This document shows, piece by piece, positions 1 through 7,898 of a DNA stretch of 64,000 bases (within the stretch, counting starts at the first letter, position 1; every line of letters starts with the position of its first letter). Made by a program: the position numbers and the translations under genes. The notes beneath the pieces are model-generated. The model had not been told where the DNA came from, ran no database searches, and saw nothing but the letters and a program-made list of their open reading frames with translations. The stretch comes from an uncultured Bacteroidales bacterium (GTDB lineage: Bacteria > Bacteroidota > Bacteroidia > Bacteroidales > Bacteroidaceae), in assembly GCA_902798685.1 (NCBI GenBank), contig CADBXO010000010.1, positions 30,877 to 94,876 of the forward strand, written 5' to 3'.

Positions 1-1
1 C

Positions 2-166
2 ATAAATGAGTTGGAAGCTCATAAGTTTTGGTTTGTAAGACAGAAAGGCAGCCACATGGTTTACACTAACGGCACCAAAGTGGTTGTGGTTCCGAATCAC
101 ACAAACAAGGGAATTGAAAAAGGCACATATTACAACATCCTGCGTCAGGCAGGAATAAGCAAGTAA
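2..166 (+). CDS. hicA: HicA-family toxin (mRNA interferase), N-terminus cut by window edge
   Basis: Frame reads ...LEAHKFWFVRQKGSHMVYTNGTKVVVVPNHTNKGIEKGTYYNILRQAGISK*. RQKGSH..VP.H is the HicA/YcfA signature. The stop at 164-166 is 5 nt before the hicB ATG. Confidence 0.8.
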   Translation: MNELEAHKFWFVRQKGSHMVYTNGTKVVVVPNHTNKGIEKGTYYNILRQAGISK

Positions 167-171
167 AGAAC

Positions 172-576
172 ATGAACAAACTGCAAGTAATAGTAGAATA
201 TGCCGAAGATAATCTGAGCGCATACATCACTGATCTGCCCATAGTTGCGGTGGGAAAAGACCTGAATGAGATAAAGCGCAACATAACCGACGCCATACAG
301 GTATACATGGAATCCTGCGCCCAACTTGGCGTGAATCCATCCCCTCTTTTGGCCGATGAGTACGAGCTGTCGTTCGTGATTGACGCCACCACGTTCATCA
401 ACTACTACAGCAATATTTTCACCAAAGCTGCATTGAGCCGAATCACAGGCATCAACGAGAGGCAACTGTGGCACTACGCCGCAGGCTTGCATAAACCCAG
501 GAAAAGACAGCTGGAAAGGATTCAGCGAGGCGTCCAATCCCTTACCGAGGAGCTTAGCTCAATTTGCCTCCTCTAA
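172..576 (+). CDS. hicB: HicB-family antitoxin with C-terminal DNA-binding tail
   Basis: 134-aa ORF immediately after hicA. The N-terminal block VIVEYAEDNLSAYITDLP.VAVGKDL.E....DAI is HicB-like. The C-terminal part (SRITGINERQLWHYAAG) looks like an HTH. Confidence 0.75.
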   Translation: MNKLQVIVEYAEDNLSAYITDLPIVAVGKDLNEIKRNITDAIQVYMESCAQLGVNPSPLLADEYELSFVIDATTFINYYSNIFTKAALSRITGINERQLWHYAAGLHKPRKRQLERIQRGVQSLTEELSSICLL

Positions 577-580
577 AAAT

Positions 581-620
581 GATACAATTGGGGTCAGGCC
601 CCAATTGTATCACTTTTTTG
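581..620 (+). terminator. Intrinsic terminator / REP-like hairpin after hicB
   Basis: GATACAATTGGGG-TCAGG-CCCCAATTGTATC is a perfect 13-bp stem, followed by ACTTTTTTG. Confidence 0.75.
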
Positions 621-714
621 CCTTGAGCAGGACAAGCCGCGAATCCCGGACCGAAATAAGAAACGGCCCCCGCCGCAAAACATTCATCCCCAGCATCCCT
701 CGCAAAACTTGTAC

Positions 715-1180
715 CTAAGATGCCCAAATCGCACCTTCACCGGCTCGCCCGAACCAAGACCCTTCATCTTGGCCCAGTTGCCTCATGCCAAGAATACCGT
801 CGATACCATAATAACCGTTAGGATCCCCCATATCTTGACATCTTACCAAACAAGTAAACGCTATCATCCGGCTCCGTAGGAACACGCCTGCTGTTAATCA
901 TAGACCTCGAGCACCCCGTATCAAACACGAACCTATACGCATAGTTATTAATGTGAACATAAACAACAGCATGCCCGTTAGCCGTGCCTGCAATATACAG
1001 ATGAACCACATCGGGCCCCGAATCAAGAGCCATGTAATACATAGCCTCCTTAATGGAATCATTCACCTCCTTTAATCTGACCATGCCCGAATCCTTATAA
1101 GGCTGCCCCCATGATGCAGGCAAAAAGGCAAATAAAGCTGACAAAGAAATGAAAAAGGACTTTAAAGGTTTCATAAGCAA
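715..1180 (-). pseudogene. Retropepsin-like (clan AA) aspartyl protease, frameshifted
   Basis: ORF 818-1180 has a signal peptide and FVFDTGCSRS (DTG active site) but stops after 120 aa. The next frame downstream continues with GDPNGYYGIDGILGMRQL, the typical second block of bacterial retropepsins, up to a stop at 715-717. Confidence 0.5.
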
Positions 1181-1218
1181 ACAGTCATTCCGACCGCTAA
1201 GGTAACAAAAGATTTGTG

Positions 1219-1236
1219 GGCCGATGCACGCACGCT
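1219..1236 (-). repeat. Copy of the 18-nt motif AGCGTGCGKGCATCGGCC (reverse orientation)
   Basis: GGCCGATGCACGCACGCT is the reverse complement of 18856-18873 with 17/18 identity. The core CATCGGCCCA recurs at 1293-1307 and 1346-1358. Confidence 0.7.
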
Positions 1237-1423
1237 GATTCTTACTCGCTAGTTAGAGAAATTTTTCGCCCTAACTGGGGAGATAAAAATATGGGCCGAT
1301 TCGCGGGCGGGGGTTTTGTTACAGATACAGTGTTACAGTTGAAATGTGGGCCGATGCATTATTGAATAATTGAAATCATTTGAATAACTTTACTGCAAAC
1401 TAACTAGATACAATTAATGCCAC

Positions 1424-2674
1424 ATGAATAGAATAGTTCTTATTGGAAATGGATTTGACAGGGCACATAACCTTAATACATCCTACGAGCATTTCATTAA
1501 CTGGTATTGGGAACAAAAAGCACATCTATACCTATATTATCCATATAAAATAAATGACATACTCTTCACTTTACAGGAGAGAAGCAGTAGAGACGCCAGC
1601 TATCTGTACAACCACTTTAGGAGTAAAAATATAATAACGATAGATGAATTTAAACAATACATCCTCAATAATAACAGTGCGTATACAGCCATTTTTACTG
1701 AATTCTTCAAACACATAATAGAAGGAGTCGAAACCAATGAATGGGTTGACATAGAGAATGAATACTATCAACTCCTTAAGTACTATTCCGCTAATCGCAA
1801 AGATAGTGAAGCGCACCATTTAAATGAAGAACTAAAATACTTGCAAGATCTGCTTATAGAGTATTTGAAGAAAATTAGCAGCAAAGAACCAGACATAATT
1901 AAGGGGATAAAAGACGCCATTTACGAGCCGATAAGTCAGGATGACATTGCTGTTGAAGCTAAGACCAAATGGGAAGAATGGATAGCTTACTGGACCTATA
2001 AAGAAGAGATAGAATGGCGAAGAAGAGCTTATGATTTTGGAATAGAAGATAACAAAGCATATAGCTATGTTAATTATGCCCACGATTACAAAATAAGCCC
2101 ACAAAACTACAACGATATACCCACATTATTTAGGTTGCCCGAAGAAATAATGCTACTGAGCTTTAATTACACCCCAACAATAAAGATGTATTTACAGAAG
2201 GATAAGCAAGCTTTTTCCATCAACAACATCCATGGACAATTGGAACAACCTGAGTCTATCATTTTTGGACATGGAGATGAAATGGACGAGCAATTCAAGC
2301 AAATTCAAAACCTTAACAACCAAGAATATCTGAAGAATATCAAGTCTATCAATTACATGAAGTCCGATAACTATAGAAAAGTCTTAAGTTTTATTGAATC
2401 AGCACCATTTCAAATCTATATAATGGGGCATTCATGTGGGAACTCAGACCGAACTCTATTAAATACACTGTTCGAGCATGATAATTGCGTATCTATTAAA
2501 CCATTTTACTACATAAAGAAAAATGGCACAGATAATTACCTAGAACTAGTGCAGAACATAAGTAGAAACTTCAAGAGCATGAAACTAATGAGAGATAGAG
2601 TCGTGAATAAAGAATATTGCAAACCTCTGGACAACGAACAACAGAATAACATAGACACAAGCAATCAAAACTAA
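1424..2674 (+). CDS. AbiH-family abortive-infection protein
   Basis: IVLIGNGFDRAHNL at the N-terminus, then LLSFNYTPT, NIHGQLEQPESIIFGHGDE and IYIMGHSCGNSDRTLL. These match the conserved AbiH blocks as I remember them. Confidence 0.8.
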   Translation: MNRIVLIGNGFDRAHNLNTSYEHFINWYWEQKAHLYLYYPYKINDILFTLQERSSRDASYLYNHFRSKNIITIDEFKQYILNNNSAYTAIFTEFFKHIIEGVETNEWVDIENEYYQLLKYYSANRKDSEAHHLNEELKYLQDLLIEYLKKISSKEPDIIKGIKDAIYEPISQDDIAVEAKTKWEEWIAYWTYKEEIEWRRRAYDFGIEDNKAYSYVNYAHDYKISPQNYNDIPTLFRLPEEIMLLSFNYTPTIKMYLQKDKQAFSINNIHGQLEQPESIIFGHGDEMDEQFKQIQNLNNQEYLKNIKSINYMKSDNYRKVLSFIESAPFQIYIMGHSCGNSDRTLLNTLFEHDNCVSIKPFYYIKKNGTDNYLELVQNISRNFKSMKLMRDRVVNKEYCKPLDNEQQNNIDTSNQN

Positions 2675-2689
2675 TAAAACACCTCCTAC

Positions 2690-3115
2690 ATGGCAAAGAT
2701 ATACGTAGCATCCAGCTGGAGGAACCCCTACCAGCCCGAAGTAGTAAAGAAACTCAGAGAACAAGGTCACGAAGTCTTCGACTTCCGCAATCCACCAGAT
2801 GGCAAGGGAGGATTCTTCTGGAAGGATGTAGATCCCAACTGGGAGCAATGGACGCCTCAGGACTACATCAACAAACTTGACCACGAATGGGCTCAGTACG
2901 GATTTATGCGTGACTATGACGCAATGAAAGAAGCCGATGTCTGCGTTCTGGTACTCCCCTGTGGCCGTTCAGCCCACACCGAAGCCGGATGGATGGCTGG
3001 TGCCGGGAAAAAGGTGATTGCTTACATTCCCGAAAAGCAGGATCCAGAGTTGATGTATAAGATGTTTGATTTGATTACAGACAGTTTTGAAGAAATAATC
3101 GAACACATAGGTTAG
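2690..3115 (+). CDS. Nucleoside 2-deoxyribosyltransferase-like (NDT/TIR-like Rossmannoid) small protein
   Basis: 141 aa. KIYVASSW at the N-terminus, and ADVCVLVLPCGRSAHTEAGWMAGAGKKVIAYI matches the NDT-family 'aD.vva.l...D.GT.fE.Gya.a.GkPv' block with a candidate catalytic Glu. It starts 15 nt after the AbiH stop. Confidence 0.55.
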   Translation: MAKIYVASSWRNPYQPEVVKKLREQGHEVFDFRNPPDGKGGFFWKDVDPNWEQWTPQDYINKLDHEWAQYGFMRDYDAMKEADVCVLVLPCGRSAHTEAGWMAGAGKKVIAYIPEKQDPELMYKMFDLITDSFEEIIEHIG

Positions 3116-3125
3116 TCATAATAAC

Positions 3126-3863
3126 ATGGACCAAGAATTCGCTAATATTCAATTCAAGCCCATACGAAACAATGAATTCGCAAAGTGGTTTCAAGAAGTA
3201 CAATATAACGGCAGCGTACTATCAGACGTAGAACGGAAAGAATTTGTTTCAATGTTTGACGAGACCATAAAGAATTACACAGAAGGGCTCCCCCTTGCAC
3301 GCCAAATACTTGATATTTTCAGCGAACAACGTGATGATTATCACGAAACATATTGCACGGTTGTATCAGTTATGTTATTTGTTTTGATGACCATGATTGA
3401 CTGCATGGTTGCATGCAAATTCTTTATTTTGGCCGACAAAGATTATGATCGCAGGTTCATGCGTGGCAAGTTGATGGTTCTTTTGAACGAAGGTTTTAAA
3501 AAATTGTATGGCTTTGACGATAAGACGTATAAGAAATCCGAATGGGACAAATTATTACCATTAATGAAACGCTTCCCTGAAGTAATCAACCGTCAATATC
3601 AGGATTTAACATATTTACTTGAAAAGCACTCAAAGTCATCATCGTGGTGGAGAGAGGAAAGAAATCTTGAAATTCATTTAGAGGCTGTCAAATTGTATGA
3701 TTCACGCCAAGAGGAAATAATAGAAAGCAAAGTAGTCATAGACACGATGAAACTGTTCCGTTCTCTAATGGCAGTTAATGATTATTTATCCAACCTTCAC
3801 ACTTGTCTTTACAACTTCTTAGTTGACAAATTCCACAAGGGAGAATTGTTAATTACTCAATAG
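3126..3863 (+). CDS. Helical protein with HEPN-type RNxxxH motif (putative HEPN RNase)
   Basis: 245 aa, starting 10 nt after the upstream stop. ERNLEIH lies at aa 178-184 (nt 3660-3677), so R-N-x3-H fits the HEPN Rx4-6H consensus. There is also a hydrophobic helix, TVVSVMLFVLMTMIDCMVACKFFILA. Confidence 0.4.
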   Translation: MDQEFANIQFKPIRNNEFAKWFQEVQYNGSVLSDVERKEFVSMFDETIKNYTEGLPLARQILDIFSEQRDDYHETYCTVVSVMLFVLMTMIDCMVACKFFILADKDYDRRFMRGKLMVLLNEGFKKLYGFDDKTYKKSEWDKLLPLMKRFPEVINRQYQDLTYLLEKHSKSSSWWREERNLEIHLEAVKLYDSRQEEIIESKVVIDTMKLFRSLMAVNDYLSNLHTCLYNFLVDKFHKGELLITQ

Positions 3864-3895
3864 AAAAACTGTTTGAAGAAAGCTATTTGTTTTTC

Positions 3896-3903
3896 TATCT
3901 TTG
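3896..3903 (+). promoter_or_regulatory. Bacteroidetes -7 box TATCTTTG
   Basis: Exact TAnnTTTG 46 nt upstream of the Sau3AI-like ATG. Confidence 0.5.
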
Positions 3904-3948
3904 TAAAACGTATAACGAACCCAGCTTGAGAGATTAAGAACAATTAGT

Positions 3949-5364
3949 ATGGCTTCAAACAACCATTTAAAACTGCCCTACGACATCACAAGTGCCAAGA
4001 GCATCTTTGAATACAGCAAAGGCTTGCTAGGCAGAACTCTGCGTGATTTCACATGGGAGGGTTATGAGCCTAAAACCGGCAAAGGCGGTCTTGGGCAAAT
4101 GGTTGAGAATATATATTTCCTTCTTGAAACCAACTGCTATCCCGGCGCTGATTTCACAGAGGCTGGAATGGAACTGAAGTGCACACCTCTCAAAAAAAGC
4201 AAACAAGAAGAATTACTCATAAAAGAGCGCCTTGTTTGCAACATGATTAATTATTGTGAAGTTGTAGAACAAGACTTTGAACATTCTCATTTCTATCTGA
4301 AATGTCAGTTAATGCTTTTGCTTTTCTACCTTCACCAAGCAAACTGCGACAACCTGGATCTTGAGTTTCTTTTTTCCGTTTTATGGAAACTACCAGAAAA
4401 AGATTTGCTCATTATACGCCACGATTATGATGTCATAATTGGCAAAATAAAGCAAGGAAAGGCTCACGAACTGTCCGAAGGCGACACCATGTATCTTGGC
4501 GCTTGCCGTAAAGGACAGAAAGGTGAAAGCTTGATGAAGCAGCCCAACAATGACATTGAAGCACCCCGCAGAGCATTCAGCCTAAAAATGGCGTATATGC
4601 GTACCATTCTAGAGCACGTACTCAACAGCGGGAAAAATGCAGTCTCAAATGTCGCCGGGGTGCAATCTGAGTTAGTCAGCACGAAGGCTTTACTGAAGCA
4701 CTCCTTTGATGATATTCTACTAAGCCGTTTCAAGCAGTACTTGAAGATGCCTTATAAGAGGATTGCGAAACGCAAGAAGATTGACATTTCGAACAATCCC
4801 AAGAATAAGTTCGCAATGATTGCGAATGCCATTGCTGCATCAACTAATTGCTCAAATGTAAACCGTTCAGAAGAATTCCTTAAGGCCGGATTGACCATGA
4901 AGACAATCAGAGTCCAGGCCAATGGCAACATAAAGGAATCCATGTCTTTTGAAAACATAGATTACATCGAGGTTGCCGAATGTGAGGAATGGATTGACTC
5001 AAGGTTGTACGAGTTGTATTCCAGTAGATTCATGTTTGTAGTGTTCAAGGAACAGAATCAAGGAAAAGAAGATTATGTGCTGGATGATGTGTTCTTCTGG
5101 ACCATGCCACAAAAGGATTTGAATCTGGCTGAAGAATACTGGAATCATATCAAGACCAATATACTAGAAGACCATATATCTGAGGAATACTGGTGGAAAG
5201 GTGCGGACAGAAAGAAGTTTCATGTACGCCCAAAGGCCCAGAAAGCAGTTGACCTAGCGCCCACTCCAAGTGGTAAAAGTGCAAAGAAATACTGCTACTG
5301 GTTCAACAATGATTATGTTCGTGAAATAGTTTATAACCGTAATAAAGAAATCAATAATGCCTAA
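3949..5364 (+). CDS. Sau3AI/MutH-family type II restriction endonuclease (probable GATC specificity)
   Basis: TGKGGLGQMVENIYF...PGADFTEAGMELKCTP matches the MutH/Sau3AI catalytic block. The 471-aa size fits two-domain Sau3AI. It overlaps the C5-MTase gene by 8 nt. Confidence 0.75.
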   Translation: MASNNHLKLPYDITSAKSIFEYSKGLLGRTLRDFTWEGYEPKTGKGGLGQMVENIYFLLETNCYPGADFTEAGMELKCTPLKKSKQEELLIKERLVCNMINYCEVVEQDFEHSHFYLKCQLMLLLFYLHQANCDNLDLEFLFSVLWKLPEKDLLIIRHDYDVIIGKIKQGKAHELSEGDTMYLGACRKGQKGESLMKQPNNDIEAPRRAFSLKMAYMRTILEHVLNSGKNAVSNVAGVQSELVSTKALLKHSFDDILLSRFKQYLKMPYKRIAKRKKIDISNNPKNKFAMIANAIAASTNCSNVNRSEEFLKAGLTMKTIRVQANGNIKESMSFENIDYIEVAECEEWIDSRLYELYSSRFMFVVFKEQNQGKEDYVLDDVFFWTMPQKDLNLAEEYWNHIKTNILEDHISEEYWWKGADRKKFHVRPKAQKAVDLAPTPSGKSAKKYCYWFNNDYVREIVYNRNKEINNA

Positions 5365-7087
5365 CAATCACATTAGAGTAGTAGAACTGTTTGCCGGTGT
5401 GGGCGGTTTCCGCATTGGCCTAGAGGGAGCTTCTGATGCCTATGAAACCGTATGGAACAACCAATGGGAACCCTCAACCCAACATCAAGACGCTTCGATA
5501 GTTTACAGAGCAAGGTTTACATCCAAAGGCCACTCCAACAAGGATATTAACCAGGTACAAACAAAAGACATACCTGATCATGATTTGATAGTTGGCGGAT
5601 TCCCCTGCCAAGACTATTCCGTTGCGGCAAGTTTGAGCCGTTCTGGTGGCATCGAAGGAAAGAAAGGAGTACTTTGGTGGCAGATTTACCGCATTCTGAA
5701 TGAGAAAGGCGACAAACGGCCCAAATACATATTCTTTGAGAATGTAGATCGCTTACTGAATTCTCCTGCCACCCAACGTGGACGCGATTTTGCCATTATT
5801 CTGGCATCACTTGCAGACTTGGGTTACGTAGTAGAATGGCGTATAATTAACGCGGCAGACTACGGCATGCCTCAGCGCAGACGTAGGACATACATCGTTG
5901 GTTATTTGAAGGATTCTGTGGTAGCCCAAAAGGTTGAGGGGTTAGAGGAATGGGTAAAATATGACGGCGTCCTTGCACAGGCATTTACGTTCAAACCCAA
6001 GGAAAACACAGTTTCCGAATTTGATATTAAAGGCTCCATTCCCGAAGTATCCGCAAACTTCAACAAGGAAAAGAAGGGCAGTCCTTTTGGAAATGCTGGC
6101 GTAATGAAGGAGCGCCACGTATATTCTGTTGACGCAGAGCCTGTCTATGATGGCCCAAGACAGACCTTGGGGAGTAATCTGGTGGACGAAGACTTTGTGC
6201 CTGAAGAGTTCTTCATTTCAGATAAAGATTTAACGAAATGGCAGCGTGAAAAAGGAGCAAAGAAAATAAATAGGGTTTCAAAAGAAGGATACGAATACAT
6301 CTTCTCTGAAGGTGCGATGACATTTCCTGACGATCCAGACAAGCCTTCACGCACCATGATAACAGGTGAAGGCGGATCCGCGCCTTCAAGATTTAAGCAC
6401 GTTGTAAAGACGCCTTCTGGTCGCTTTCGCCGTTTGATTCCGGTTGAGCTGGAGCGCCTGAACATGTTCCCAGACAATCACACATATCACCCTGAAGTAT
6501 CTGATGGAAGAAGAGCCTTCCTGATGGGCAACGCCTTAGTTTGCGGTGTTGTTAGGGAAATTGGAAAGAGCCTATACCGCTTCATTTTTGACGAGGCACC
6601 GGTTTCGACACACCCTATTGATGAGAAGCGCAATCCACAGCCACATCTTACCATTGATCTCTTTGACACAAACGACAAGGAACTAATTATAAATAAACCA
6701 AAGAATAAAGGCGAACTGGATGTGACCAAGAGACTTCTCATAGGTTTTGTTAAGGAGGATAATGAAAAGTACTTCCTTACTGAAGGATCTTCTAAGCTGT
6801 ACTACACTGGCAATGTTAGCAGATTCCCATCAACCATTGCACTAAACAAGCTCTATTACTTCATGCCTTACATTAAAGGGAAAGGCGTAAAAGACATCTA
6901 CCTTATAAAGATTGCCAGAATTGGCAGCAAGACTGAGGTGCATCCAGAAATAGAAGATGCCAAGGCTCCAAGACTAGTATTTGAGCTTGAGTACTTGAAG
7001 AGCTTGCCAGAATATCGGATGGTCACTCTGAATTTCCAGCATGCTTTCACTGACACATACCTTGGCAAAGTGTTGCCTGAGAAATAA
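5357..7087 (+). CDS. DNA (cytosine-5)-methyltransferase with ~150-aa C-terminal extension
   Basis: Motifs in order: I ELFAGVGGF, IV GGFPCQDYS, VI FFENVDRL, VIII PQRRRRTYIVG, X LMGNALVCGV. About 150 further residues follow motif X. Confidence 0.9.
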   Translation: MPNNHIRVVELFAGVGGFRIGLEGASDAYETVWNNQWEPSTQHQDASIVYRARFTSKGHSNKDINQVQTKDIPDHDLIVGGFPCQDYSVAASLSRSGGIEGKKGVLWWQIYRILNEKGDKRPKYIFFENVDRLLNSPATQRGRDFAIILASLADLGYVVEWRIINAADYGMPQRRRRTYIVGYLKDSVVAQKVEGLEEWVKYDGVLAQAFTFKPKENTVSEFDIKGSIPEVSANFNKEKKGSPFGNAGVMKERHVYSVDAEPVYDGPRQTLGSNLVDEDFVPEEFFISDKDLTKWQREKGAKKINRVSKEGYEYIFSEGAMTFPDDPDKPSRTMITGEGGSAPSRFKHVVKTPSGRFRRLIPVELERLNMFPDNHTYHPEVSDGRRAFLMGNALVCGVVREIGKSLYRFIFDEAPVSTHPIDEKRNPQPHLTIDLFDTNDKELIINKPKNKGELDVTKRLLIGFVKEDNEKYFLTEGSSKLYYTGNVSRFPSTIALNKLYYFMPYIKGKGVKDIYLIKIARIGSKTEVHPEIEDAKAPRLVFELEYLKSLPEYRMVTLNFQHAFTDTYLGKVLPEK

Positions 7088-7103
7088 TAAAAACTGAAAA
7101 CAT

Positions 7104-7559
7104 GTGATTACCGAGCAACAGCGACATTACATCATGTCAAGAATCCGGGGAAAGGCAACGAAACCGGAACTTCTTGTTAGGAGCTGGCTGTGGAAGCACG
7201 GATACAGGTACAGGCTTAACGTAAACAGTGTTCCCGGTAGGCCTGACATTGTTTTAAGACGTTATCGGACTGCCATATTTGTGAACGGTTGTTTTTGGCA
7301 CGGTCATGAGGAATGCGGAAAACCTTCAATCCCCAAGAGAAACACAGAGTTCTGGGTGACTAAAATAGCACGAAACAGGGAACGAGACCAACGCAATTAC
7401 AAAGATTTACACGATGCCGGTTGGTATGTATCAGTTATATGGGAATGTCAACTAAAAAAAAATAATATCGAAGCTACGATGCGTAGTATAGAGCACGCAT
7501 TGAATACCCATCTTCTAGAAATGTATAAATGCAAAAACTACAATAATAACACGAATTAG
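7104..7559 (+). CDS. vsr: Very-short-patch repair endonuclease
   Basis: IMSRIRGKATKPELLVRSWLWKHGYRYRLN..PGRPDIVLRRYRTAIFVNGCFWHGH...NTEFW..KI..N..RD matches the Vsr blocks. GTG start as given in the ORF track. Confidence 0.85.
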   Translation: MITEQQRHYIMSRIRGKATKPELLVRSWLWKHGYRYRLNVNSVPGRPDIVLRRYRTAIFVNGCFWHGHEECGKPSIPKRNTEFWVTKIARNRERDQRNYKDLHDAGWYVSVIWECQLKKNNIEATMRSIEHALNTHLLEMYKCKNYNNNTN

Positions 7560-7898
7560 CGTCCCTAGTTTAATAAAGACCGCACTGCAAGAATTCGTCT
7601 CAAATCGATTTAAGCAATCGTTGTTGTTATGACGTGTAACAAAACCAACGACTGGTCGAGCTGTAGCGTCACTTCAATAGCGAATCGATTAATAGCTAAA
7701 AACGGAGTATCTTTGAACCGCCAAGAATGACACATGGCCATGATGACACGTATTAAGACCTTTTGTTTTATATTGCCCAACAGTGTCTGTTAATAAAAAG
7801 GGTTTCTAATAAGCCATTTCTTATGGTAAAAGAAGTTACCTTTACGCTCAAGCATATGGGGGCGTTTCGCACACTTTAGTAACCAACGACAATTATGT

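Noticed and set aside
630-1310. CCGCGAATC-type short repeats (about 636-650 and 1293-1307 inverted) as possible tRNA fragments or att sites
   Set aside because: The match is only 9 nt, there is no tRNA-like T-arm (GGTTCGAATCC) or acceptor context, and a similar string occurs by chance inside the coding region at about 17030.
7560-7898. 340-nt intergenic region upstream of the helicase-MTase, with AATCGATT palindromes and tiny ORFs
   Set aside because: There are only two short (8-nt) palindromes and 8-22-codon ORFs, with no repeat or stem of convincing length. This is most likely an ordinary promoter region.
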